A stretch of 64,000 nucleotides of DNA from Takakia lepidozioides (taxonomy: Eukaryota; Plantae; Bryophyta). Each line of letters begins with the position of its first letter. The stretch's first letter is position 1. Below, piece by piece: positions 12,346 to 23,745 of this stretch. The DNA is taken from assembly GCA_030704615.1 (NCBI GenBank), contig CM060733.1:51460001-51524000 (forward strand), given 5' to 3'. The notes below the pieces were generated by a model. It saw only the letters and a program-made list of their open reading frames with translations. It was not told where the DNA came from and did no database searches. The position numbers and the translations under genes were made by a program.

Positions 12346-13731
12346 ATGAGGAGGCCTTTGAAGGCAATCATTATGGCACAGTTTCTATATGTCATTCTAC
12401 AAGCACAGAATGAGCTTTTAATGTGTCACCAACTTGAAAACGATTCTATTAATGAGATGCTCCAATTTGAGAGCGTGGAGCAGATTGATACAGAGAGCAG
12501 GTTGATCATTGAAACTATGAAGAATTCTTTGATTTTGCATCACCATCGATTATCTTGTGTGTATCAATTGCTTTTGAGTAGGGATCTCGGTGACTGGGTC
12601 AAGGCTCGCAGTACTACTTGGTATTCTGGATTCCTCATGACTCAATATGACAATAAGTGCTGGATCGAGCATTTCAGAGTCACAAGGGAAGTGGTTCTTC
12701 AAATCACAGACAGATTGAAACCATTGATAGGAAAGCAAAATACCAAATACCGTTGTGCTATACCCGTGGGCATTCGAGTAGCATGCTCGCTCTATAAACT
12801 GGCACATGGAGCTGATTATTTGCAGTGTAGCGAAATGTTCGCTATAGGCAAATCCACTGTACATATGGTCCTGCGAGAATTTGTTAATGTTGTCAATGTT
12901 GTATTCTGTAACCAGATACGATGGCCAAGAGGGCAGGAACTGACCCGGGTGATGAGTGGATTCAAGGAGTTTTGTGGACTTCCCTCCATCCATGGAGCTA
13001 TCGATGTCAAGAAAATCCATATACAGAATCCAAGAGGCCATTTTGCCGGTGACTATTATTCATACAAATCTAAAGGATATAGTCTTCAATTACAAGCTGT
13101 CGATGATCATGAGAAAAGGTTCACTGACGTCTATGTAGGTATGCCGGGAAGCATGAACGACTCCCGAATCCTACGCCTATCTGCCCTCTATCAAAAAGCA
13201 ACATATGAAGGAATTTTCAGTTTGGAATTTGGGCAAGAAAACATACAGCCATACATCTTGGGGGATAAGGGTTATCCCTTACTGCCCTGGTTGGTAATTC
13301 CGCATAAGCAGTCAGTCAATGCCAGACATACAGTCTTGGAAGCTCTATTCAACAGACACCATTGCAGGGGCAGAAGCGTCATTGAGAATTCTCTTGGCAT
13401 ATTGAAGAAAACCTTCAGAGAGCTTTTGGTGAAAACTAGTCTCAATATAGTTTTTATCCCAGACGTGGTGACAACATGCTGTGTGTTGTACAACCTTATA
13501 TTGGATGGAAGAGATGTGGATGTTGACTCACTAATGCAGCAACTCGAACAAGAAGCAAACGCAGAGGTTGATGGTCCTCAAATTGAGCGAAGGTCAAATC
13601 GAGTCCACATAGATGAGAATGTACATGAAAACGATGATGAACCTGGCCTAGAAGGGGCTGAAATTTCTGGCTCAGACCAACGGGTTGTTCTTCAAACATA
13701 CCTTGATACTAGACGACCCCACAGAGCTTGA
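12346..13731 (+). CDS. PIF/Harbinger DDE transposase (HARBI1-like, DDE_Tnp_4)
   Basis: Open 461-aa ORF with HTH region (FAIGKSTVH) and motifs GAID, YSLQLQAV, PGSMNDSRIL, YILGDKGYPLLPWL, FNRHH, RSVIENSLGILK, CCVLYN. Confidence 0.93.
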   Translation: MRRPLKAIIMAQFLYVILQAQNELLMCHQLENDSINEMLQFESVEQIDTESRLIIETMKNSLILHHHRLSCVYQLLLSRDLGDWVKARSTTWYSGFLMTQYDNKCWIEHFRVTREVVLQITDRLKPLIGKQNTKYRCAIPVGIRVACSLYKLAHGADYLQCSEMFAIGKSTVHMVLREFVNVVNVVFCNQIRWPRGQELTRVMSGFKEFCGLPSIHGAIDVKKIHIQNPRGHFAGDYYSYKSKGYSLQLQAVDDHEKRFTDVYVGMPGSMNDSRILRLSALYQKATYEGIFSLEFGQENIQPYILGDKGYPLLPWLVIPHKQSVNARHTVLEALFNRHHCRGRSVIENSLGILKKTFRELLVKTSLNIVFIPDVVTTCCVLYNLILDGRDVDVDSLMQQLEQEANAEVDGPQIERRSNRVHIDENVHENDDEPGLEGAEISGSDQRVVLQTYLDTRRPHRA

Positions 13732-13913
13732 ATTGTCAAGTAGCCAATGGACAAACAAATTTTCAACTTGAATTGAATTGTTTTATGTTCAGATGTGCTG
13801 ACTAGCATCTACAATTGCAAAAATTGTTCACTGAACTACACGCATGTTGGTCTCTCAACGTCTACCTGGTAGTCGATATATCACGTGGATCTTCAGCATA
13901 GTTGATAGTGCTG

Positions 13914-15090
13914 TCATTCTTCAGCTATGTCTTTGTTGCCCACTTCTTGTTCGAAATTTGGCTGGCGAATTAGGTCATCTTCAGAGGAGTCCGAGAGCGT
14001 GACTGCATGAGGCATAAGGGTTTGATCTTTTATGAAAGCATGACATATAGCGGTACTGAGGTTTGACAGAACGGTCACCATGCTCTTGCTCATCTCGTGA
14101 ACTTTTTTATCTCGATTTTTGAGGTATTCGAGCTGTTCTTTGAATGTCCGCGCTTGTGTCTTTGTCTTGATTTTGTCCATTTCCACTTGGGTCTGGTTAA
14201 TACGATCCATGGCATCTACCAACACCTTGCTGCTCTTATCATTTGCATCAATAACAGGCGTGAAGACACTTGATCGTTTCCGCTTCACACCAGTACTGCC
14301 AAGAGCAGTCGGTCCTTGAATGCCTTTAGCAAGTGTAACATTCTCACATGCACTATCTCCAAGATTGATAATGGGAGGACGGATTTGCTGCATGGACTCA
14401 GAATAATCATCAAGATTGATGACATTACGATTCAAGGCAACCAGAATTTCGTCAGGCACATAGTCATCACCAAGGTGCTCTGACTCTGAAGTTTGGAACA
14501 GACTGTTGTTCCTTCGTTGAATCTTCTTGAACTGCTGGAGCGACATAGACTCCATCTCCCTGCGATTGAAGGTACCTAACATGTGGTGGTGCATTGATTG
14601 CTCGCTCACCCTGAAAAGCTTCAATGGCATCGTACCACTCCACATTAAACAGTCTTGGCAAGTGATACTTGTCTCGATCTTCCAATGCCATGTCCCAGTA
14701 TGATGTGTTATGCCCTATACCTTTGTGGTAATCGGCAATCTTCTTGTAGTCGGAGTTGAGACCATTCCATTTGTCCTTACACATCTTGGCATTGCGAATG
14801 AGTATAGCTGAGCGAATCAATTTCTGGAACTCCTCTGCTATCTTGGTCCATTTTTGTGCTGCAGGCATCATATGAGCTCTTGGATCGATCAAGTTCTTTT
14901 GGGCAACATGCTCTTTGTGCTTACAATCAATCAACACAAGGATTTCATCATGGCTCCAATTTGCTTGGCGCTGCCTCCCAAAGGTAGTTCCACCTCTCCC
15001 TGCTGTGGCACTTCCCCTCCCTCCACTCGGTCCCCTCCTTCTTCCTCCCCTCCCTCTTCCTGCACTTTCCATTGAGCTAGAATTCTCCAT
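13914..15090 (-). pseudogene. Harbinger Myb/SANT (trihelix-like) DNA-binding partner, apparently frameshifted near 14500
   Basis: NWSHDEILVLIDCK...KWTKIAEEF...RNAKMCKDKWNGL...YW is a Myb/trihelix signature (ATG 15090). The C-terminal NLS (KRKR) and coiled-coil lie in another frame (ORF 13914..14645). Confidence 0.85.
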
Positions 15091-16628
15091 CGCGATTGAA
15101 TCTGTGAATCTGTCTGTGCAAGCGTAAAGCACCCCAGAGCAAGCGAAGGGCGAGCCGCAAGCAGAAAATGACAGCGAGAATTGGTTACTATCACATAGGA
15201 TTTGGAAATGATAGCGTATCAGCGGTGACAGGGAGAAGAATCTTCATATTTTGAAATATTTTACTACCGCGCGCGCTACTTATTTCAACACCTAGTTTCA
15301 GGTGATAGTGTCAATGATAGCAATGCCACGTCACCTGACATATCAGCAACCTATCGACGCAGAGGCGGAGGTTTGAACAGAGATAGTAATTTGACGATTT
15401 ATCGTCGCTCCTAACCCTAGGTGTGAACGTACCTTTACTGTTGCAGCTAAAAAGGAGTAGGCCTCTTTGTGTGCATCTGTTGCAAGGAAACCAGAACGCC
15501 AGCCAGCCCTTCTCCATGCCTTCCGAGCATCCTGGGGCAAGCATGGTATCATTTGTTGCTGCTCTAATGATCTCACTTGTTTATGGGTGGACAACATCCC
15601 CTCCTGTTGGCAGGGACACAGAGGTGCTTCCCCAGAATTTGAACGATCGGATGTTAATTGGAAGCACGTCAGGTCATCTTCAGCAGCGCGCCTTCACTTT
15701 CATCGCTGATCTCTATATCTCCATGTATTCAATACCCTCTGCATGCATCATCCCTTCTTCTCTTCCTTGTTTGCCCCTACCCTTCTTGCTCCAACCCCTG
15801 TTCAAGCTACCCTTCGCCATGCGCTCCGTTCTGTCCGCCCTAAGTTCCTACCTCTTTCTTTGACCCCTGTTTGTTCTAGCATCCTATGATTATTCCGGGT
15901 CTTATCCGTGCCCCTGCATAGCAACACCCTTTACATTAGGTTGCTGGCCTCATAGTTCTTGTATCAGTTGCAGCTCCAGGGTGTCTTCCTCTGGGTTACT
16001 GTTCAAGAGTTATCCAGCACGGCCGGCCGTGTGAACACGCCTTATGGCAGCCTACGGGCAATCAAGGGTTTAATTTTTTTTCCCTTCAATAATCTCTTAA
16101 TAAAGTTTCATCCAGGGCCTAGTCCCCTGTTCTCTCAAAAAAACAAAAATAAAAAATAAAAATCATGAGAAATGGCAGATTAAATTTTTCTGAAATATTA
16201 ATGGCTCTTTAAAAGAAAAAATTAATTTGCTACAATAATGGCACAAGTCCCACTTAGTGGTTATTTACTATGAAAGGTATTATCTTCATAGGGAGGTAGT
16301 ATCTAGGGAAGGTACATTAGGAGAAACAGGTCCTCAAGATGAATGGGCATCCAGATTTCAGACAAATTGGATGAAATTGATAAGTACTATAGACAACAAG
16401 TGTACTTTACCCTACTTTCTCTGCCACCCTCTTTCCTCTTCTCTTGTCTTCCATTCTCTCCCTCTCTCTGTTTGTCTGTCTGTCTTGCACTGCAGAATGT
16501 GCTTCACAGCAATGCATCTCGTCTCTCTCCGAGCTCCAGGTGTGCCTGTCCTTAACTATGCAATTTTATAGTGACTGGAATGTGTCAGCTTGTTTCTCCA
16601 ACGATTGCCACCGGACACGGTCACCATC

Positions 16629-19600
16629 ATGTGGGGTGCGAGCCCTAGCCCTAATTTTCCCTCCACTTCTTCCTTGCCACACTTCTCAAGCAACTCAACA
16701 GTTATCTCCACACCGAGGAATTATTTTTCCTCAGAGGAATTTCCTCAGCCCCATCCCAGAATTAAGAAATCAGCTTTTGTAAGGGAGATTGCTTCTACTT
16801 CGAATAGAAGTGCTCCTACAACACAGTCTCAGAGAAAGTGGCATGTCTGTTTCTCTCATACGGTTGTCTCTCAGTCGGTGTCCTTTTCCAGTGAGCCTGC
16901 GTCACCTCCCCCTATTGGTAATGAAACCGTGCCTAGGCCTCACCAGGCTTCAGCGTTGTCACATGGGTCTGCTCCAATTTTGCAGGAATCAGTTTCTTTC
17001 TCCCAGGAGTCTACCTCTGTCTTGAAGGTCGAACCTTCAGAGCCCGAGAAATTTTCATCACCAACACCTCATCCAGAAGGAGACGTAGGGAAAATTTTTG
17101 TAGGAAATTTGCCATACCATGTACCAAAGGAGCCTATCAGTACCTTTTTTGGGCAATTTGGTCCTATCAGGGACATTATCTTCATTCGAAGCCACACAGA
17201 TCCTGAGAAAAGCAGGGGTTACTGCTTTGTGTTTTTTGGGGGTCCTGACCCCAATGCTTCAGCCATGAAGGCAGCAGAGTTTGATGGCGTAGAGTTCCAT
17301 GGAAAGATTCTCCGTATCAAGCTTGATGATGGTCGTAGAGAAAGAGAGAAGAGAGAGGAGCGGGAGCGATGGGTGGAGACGGGTGGGGTAAGCAAAATTC
17401 CATATCGTTTCTCTCATGACTCTTGTTGATGCTATTTTCTGGGTCCTCTACTCTCGTAGAAAGATTGTAAGCAATGGTTGGGACATTCAATAGCCGCTAA
17501 TTACTGAGTCCGGGCTGAAGTGATGTAAGGAACTACCTGCACCCACCTTACATGGATTACTCACATGAACAGCCCTGGCACCCATTCCACCCGAATATAT
17601 ATGTGGAGTAGCTGAGTTTGGCAATGTCAGTTGCTCATGTCCTTTGGTGGGCATTAGTGACTCCCTTAGCGCAGGTTTTAGTCCTTCCTAAAACTAAAAA
17701 ATGTGATTCTCTTGGTGGTCTTGAATATATCTACAAGGAAAGGGAGTATCGGTCACAATGGCATCAAGAGAGAGAGAAGGCCTCCATTGATTTTCGGAGA
17801 ATGGTGGAGGATCAGCCCCGAAATGCTCGAATGGTTTTGGCAGCCTTTGACAGAATCGAGAAGGTCTTCCCTTTCCCTCCTTCCTCTGGGCCACAGTTTT
17901 GGCTGAGAACCCTACCCGTCCTCATCACTCATTCTCTACCCCTCCTCTGATGCTCTCTCAGTTTTGGACATGTCTAGGAACACAACTTTAAGGTGCTACA
18001 AACTTTTGCATGTCCGTCCCTCCCCCAGAGCACAGTGGAATGGGCGAGTTTCTTTTCTCCAAAATTTGACTTATTTCGGACATGGGCTTTGGAACACAGC
18101 CAAAGCGGAGAGATTATGCTCTGCTTGTGAACTATTATGGAAAGCGCGGTGATAAGCACAGTGCTCGCTCCATGTTCGAGAAAATGTGCGCCTCAGGCAT
18201 TAATGCCAGGTTTTATGTCTACACCAAGTAAGGACGACTTTTCACTCTTGTCATGAGGTATCATGCGACAGCCATATAAAGAAAGCTGTAGAGGAACAGC
18301 TAGGTGAAACCTTATAAAATTGCAGTAGAGAACAGGTCAAGTCTGTTTTGCACAATGATTGCTGGCTAGGCTTTAGGTTGGTTGTTTTTGTTTCACCAGG
18401 TTTGCGTTCTTCTGCATTTTGATCAGGCTCTACTGTCCAGTTTATCTATGCATTAGGCGTTTCTTATGTCAGTTACATCTGACACAGATATCTTTGGACT
18501 GGAAATCAGTCTGGTTCATGCATATTCCATGGCTCGTGACATGCGGGGAGCAGTAGCTTGTGTGGAGGGGATGGAGGCTGAAGGGGTTGCACCAAATGTG
18601 GCCACACTCAGTGTCCTTATTTCTGGATTCGCCAAAGTTGGCAATTCTGAGTATGTGCCCACTCCCTCACCCTTCGACTGTAGCTGGTCATCCATAACAT
18701 ACATTAGATGCCTACTTTTTTTGCTTGATTATACACGTGACAACCTCTCAGATACTGCCCTCAGCCTTTGCCTATCAAATGGACATGAAGGACCTCCACG
18801 CATCCATTTAATTTTTATTTGTTCTCCATGACTTTGATGGTCAATACTTACAGCTCAAGCAAAAATTCCTGTAGATCTTCGACTGATTGCACACCTCCAA
18901 CTTATGTCCAAACACATCTGCTGAGAATATGTGGATGATGGCGGTTTTGGTGTGTTTGGGGGTGTGGAAAGTGCTGCAGAACACTGGTTTCAGAGAGCAA
19001 AGAGTGAGGGCACACACCCTAATGTTGTCATTTACAACAACATTATCAATGCCCACTGGTATGCCATTCCCCATCTTTTTCATGTAATCCTAATGTTTTG
19101 TGCTTTTGTATGCAGGAGCAAGTGTGCATCTTGATGTCTTAGATTTTTTCTTTCTTTCTCTGTGTTGGTTACCTTTACCCGTACTGAGCATTTTTGTCTG
19201 GCTGGAAGTTGCTTTGTTGTCTTCTTTCATGGAAAACTTAGAATGGCAGTGTCATGTTAGAATACGGGAGGCAGTATGATAATACAAGACACTGGGATGT
19301 GGCAGCAAAGTGGGCAATATGAATAGGGCTGAAGCTTTGGTAGCAGAGATGGAGGATGAAGGTCTTGAGACTACCCTGGGTCTCTTCAACATAATGATGG
19401 ATGGGTATGCACATGCTCGTCAGGAATCTAAGTGCCTCACCGTTTTTCGTCGAATGCAGGCAAGCAACAAACCACTTTCTGTTTTCTTGTGACTCATGAC
19501 AGTTTCCTTCAGTAGCATCCATATGTTGCATACGTCAGAGACTTTCTCCAAGACAAGATGAGCCCAAAAGGACTAGGTGAAGGGCTGAAGTTGCCAGCTG

Positions 19601-22522
19601 GAGGCCAGCAATTTGCTTTGCTTGTGTTACTGGTATAAGGGCCTTGTGAGAAGCAACATCAGACACCTTGAGTGACCCTTGACCAGAAAAATGGTGCTGA
19701 TGTTTGAAATGGTGTGATTCAATGCAGGAATATGGAATGGCTCCAACAGTTGTCAGCTATGGATGTCTAATCAATCTCTACACAAAGGTACATGTGCTCA
19801 GCATATATCTCTATTTTTGTCTCTGGTGAGTTGATGTGTGTAGTGCCTTTCCATTTGTCCCTATATTTCTGTGGTCTGCCTCTCATCCAGTTTCCTTTCT
19901 CAGACTGCTCCTTCTTCCCCTAGGCTAACCAGGCGGACTGCAACAGCTTGGGAAGATGGCAGAGGCATTGAAAGTAAGTAAGGATATGGAGGTTCAAGGC
20001 ATGGCGCTCAACCACAAGATCTTTTCGATGATCATTGATGGCTACGTGCAATTGGGCAACATGGGGAATGCCTTCTCAGTGTTCGAGGACATGTCAAAGG
20101 CAGGTTTTAAACCTGATGTTGTGACTTACAACATACTAGTCAACGGCTTTTGCAAAAACCGGCAGATGAACAGAGCTATCCAGCTTCTTGCACAAATGAA
20201 GAAGGGGGGCCATGTTCCTACACTCCAAACGTATACCATGATTGTTGATGGGTTTATGAAGATTGGAGATATGCGGATGGCACTTGAATTTGTTCGGGAT
20301 ATGAAGATGGCTGGGTGCCGTCCAAGCGCCACCACCTACAATGTCATCATGAATGGGCTTGTGCATGATGGTCAGGTCGGACTGCTTTTCTTTAGTCCAT
20401 GATTTTGAGAGGTGTAGCATGGTACAACGTGCTCTTGTGGTTCACGTTGGATTGATGCCTTGTTCCATACTCCCTGTAAGGCTTGCTTATCTGCCATGCT
20501 GTGGCTGCATTGATTGCAGATGAACAGGGCGGCATCAATCATTGATGAAATGGTGTTGGCAGGCATAGCCCCTAATGAACGCAGCTACACAACTCTCATG
20601 GAAGGCTATGCATGTGTGGGTGAGATTGGGACGGCATTTGAGTATTTCAAGCGCATAAAAGAGGAAGGCTTGAAAGCAGACATAATAACATATGGCTCCC
20701 TCCTCAAAGCTTGCTGTAAGGCCGGACGTATGCAAAGTGCACTTGCGGTCACCAATGAGATGACTGGGCAGGGTCTTGCAATGAATAACCACATTTACAA
20801 CATACTTCTCGATGGGTACTTACAACACTCCCTTGCCCCTTGACCCAGGGTTCATTCAATCTCTTTGATGAGCAACGGGGGATTGAAGGAGAGAGGGAAT
20901 GATCAGCACTGATAATGATTGTTTTAGAGACAACATATATTTGTGAAGATGATCTATTTACATTTGTGGATGGGATCTTTCTCAGATTTGCTCTACAGGG
21001 TCAGACTGTTCTTTACGTTTTTTCGATGTGCATTGGATGAATAAGATTATTCATGGGGTCTCATCTCACAGATGGTAGGGTGTCCACTCATTGTATCACT
21101 TTCAGTTCTGCTGAGGGCAAGCTTTGAGGCTGGCATGGAACTTAGCACATGGAACTGTTAACCAGGGTGCCCCATGTATGTCTCAGTATGCGATTAGGGG
21201 TCTTTAAAGTGCTCCACGTATTTGCAATCTTGGATAAATGGGATTATTCAGTATTCTACATGTCTGTAGGAGGCACTTGGTCTTGTATTTCAAACTCTAG
21301 TCCTGGTGTGTTTGGGATGGTACAGATGGGCGCAGAGAGGGGACATGTGGGAGGCCTCGGACATTATGCAGCAGATGCGTCGGGAAGGATTTACTCCCGA
21401 CATCCACTCCTACACATCCTTTGTCAATGCTTGCTGCAAGGCTGGTGATATGCAAGTACGTAGGTGTGGATATCAATGTGTATGCATGGTCAAGGAGTGG
21501 GACAAGATTCCAGCTCGCAAATCAATCATGTTCAGAGTCAAGAAGCATCTTAGGTGTCTTGAAATCTAGCAGACAACACGGACTCCTAAATGTCTCAAGC
21601 TTTAGATTCAGCTGGTTCTATAATACCTCCTTACTGGATCAAGCAGTTATTTGTGGAATTTTCTGGCCAATTGAGAGGAACATTATCTCACATGAATCTC
21701 TAAAATGCAGAAAGCAACTGATAGTGTGGAACAAATGAAGCAAATGGGAATCCAACCTAACCTCCACACGTACACAACCATTATACACGGGTGGTCATCC
21801 GCGTCGTATCCAGAGAAGGCTTTAGCATGCTACGACGATATGAAAGCTGCTGCGTTGGCACCTGACAAGGCAGTTTTTCATTGCCTCATGACTTCCCTCC
21901 TTTCTCGAGCAGCAGTTGCTCGTGAGACTGTCTATGACGGCGTGCTAAGGGTGAGCAGGGAGATGGTGGACCGGGGTATCTGTGTGGATCTGGCAACTGT
22001 GAGGCACTGGCGGAAGTATTTGGTAAAGGCGGAGAGGTGGTCCGGTGATTTAACCAAGGCCGTTGAGAGGACATTTCCACGAGGTAAGTTGAGGAGAGTG
22101 ATGAACAGAAGTTCTTAGTTGTAGTGTGTCGATGTTGTACTTTACTGAGATGCCCGGTGGTTTATGTGTTAATCACATATGGAACTTCTTGTTCGCAAGC
22201 TTGAATGCAGCTCTACCTGGTCATGAACTGTAGTTATGGTATTGAGTAGAATTTGGATGTGTAGCAAAATGTGCACCCCCATGCTACGTCTCCTATTGCT
22301 GTCCAGTGCTATTTCTGCTCAGTATGTCCTGTCACTCTCTGATATGGATAGCCAGATTTTAGTGGGATTCTCCTGACTTGGAAAACATCAATGTGACTGT
22401 TGCCCTTTGCAGACTGGGATTCAGAGACAGAAAAGTTGGAGGATGTGGCTGAAGCGCAGGATTGGCAAGATGAGCTTCAAGAAGAGTCTGAGATGGAGAA
22501 GGATGAAGAAGAGGGGATGTAA
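16629..22522 (+). CDS. PPR4: Chloroplast RRM + P-class pentatricopeptide repeat protein (PPR4/At5g04810-like), ~12 exons
   Basis: Ser/Pro-rich transit-like N-terminus, then an RRM (KIFVGNLP...SRGYCFVFF), tandem P motifs, and a C-terminal TFPRDW plus acidic tail. Approximate exons: 16629-17387, 17738-17863, 18100-18227, 18510-18650, 18971-19058, 19304-19459, 19728-19787, 19947-20375, 20520-20815, 21325-21455, 21711-22083, 22413-22522 (TAA). Confidence 0.9.
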
Positions 22523-23745
22523 TCCCTGTTTTTTTAACCTGGTTAACAATTATTCTTGTACTTGTGGCTGCTGTGCCCGCCTTATTTGGGGACGTTATTC
22601 AAGCACGGAAGACGGTTCAAGAGACCATAAATTCCAAAAGCTATGTGCCACTCGCATATAGCGTAAGGGTCCGCCATTGGGCAAATTTCACCCCACAGAA
22701 GGTGACATCTGGCCAGTTAACTGAGGCTACACACCTACCTTGTTACATCTAGAAAAATGAACCTTACTCGATTCACCTTGGCTACCAATGTACATCAACA
22801 AATTGCTGAGAAATTCACCATAGGACTAGAGAGATTTTAATGTTTTAGTAGGGGTTGTTTTTTGGTTCTTAGATTTTGCAAAGATTTTAGTATCCAAAAT
22901 GAAGCAAGCTTAGTTAAAAAACGACTGATTGCAACCCTCATCGTCAAATAAACCAGCATCTGCAATGAGGTCCTCATAAGACACCCTACATGTGCTAAAA
23001 AAAATTAAAGAATAGGGGCGGGCCCGCCCTACATGTGGTAAGAAATGAAGCATAGTGGCGGGCCCTTGGGGCTGGACATGCCCACCCTGACATGTGCACC
23101 CTCTTACCCTGACCCCTCTATCCATCCAGGCAATTTCCTATTCATACCATGGTATGGTCCTTGTTTTTGCCTATAATACGGGTATGCACTTGGGTATTGC
23201 CTTGGCAATACCAGCCGGGTCGGTTATTCAATACCCTTGTTGATACCTTGCCAGACCCTATATACGAGTCCAACACGAGGCTTCACACGCCTGGCCACAC
23301 ATGTGGCCCCGGCAAGGTCCGGGGCAGGGAAGAGCAAAGGGAAAAGCAAAAGTTTAGGGCAATGGGCCGAGCGAGTTTTGGCGAGCTACATGAAGACATG
23401 GAGAGGGCGGGCCCACATGTGTGGCCAGCCGTGTGAAGCCTCGGGAGGTGCGCTGCCAAAAATGGAGCGAGCGTGGACCATGGAGCGAGCGTACGACGCG
23501 GCTACCGAAAATTCGTGGGCCATCCTCATAGTGAGGGTGTGGAATGCACTACAAAAGTGAGGCTGGTCAAAACAAACTCCAGATCCAAGGGTAGAATTTA
23601 CAGAATTTACCACCCCGAATGAGCCCATCTATGGGCCAATTATGTCTCGCCACATAGACAGTCAACTCTCCATGGCCCCTCCTGCATGCTCCAATTTCCT
23701 GACCCGTTTTTTCTACAAGTAGGAGAATTCGGTCAAATTTACTAG

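Larger units (their letters stand above)
11908..15434. mobile_element. Complete PIF/Harbinger DNA transposon (3527 bp)
   Basis: Perfect 24-bp TIRs AGGTACGTTCACACCTAGGGTTAG (11908-11931) and reverse complement (15411-15434). TTA TSD at 11905-11907 and 15435-15437. Encodes convergent transposase and Myb/SANT ORFs. Confidence 0.95.
11613..16162 (+). mobile_element. 5'-truncated L1-like LINE 3' end, split by the Harbinger element (segments 11613-11907 and 15435-16162)
   Basis: Translations SLEHCLLHC, LLNYSQRDKAKASDCPVFE and SPEFERSDVNWKHVRSSSAARLHF match the 24.1-24.6 kb LINE C-terminus (SLEHCLLLC, LLNYDTNSKSKAIDCPVFE, SPEFDKDINWRHIKSAARLKF). Both copies share the AATAAAG..CCAGGGC..AGTCCC.TGTT 3' end and an A-tail (16137-16162). 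Confidence 0.8.

Noticed and set aside
12346-13731. Domesticated HARBI1/ALP1-type host gene
   Set aside because: It lies within perfect TIRs and a TSD together with the Myb partner, so it is a transposon copy.
22920-23740. Possible small DNA transposon downstream of the PPR gene (GC-rich palindromes, TGGAGCGAGCG repeats)
   Set aside because: I could not identify TIRs or a TSD by eye.
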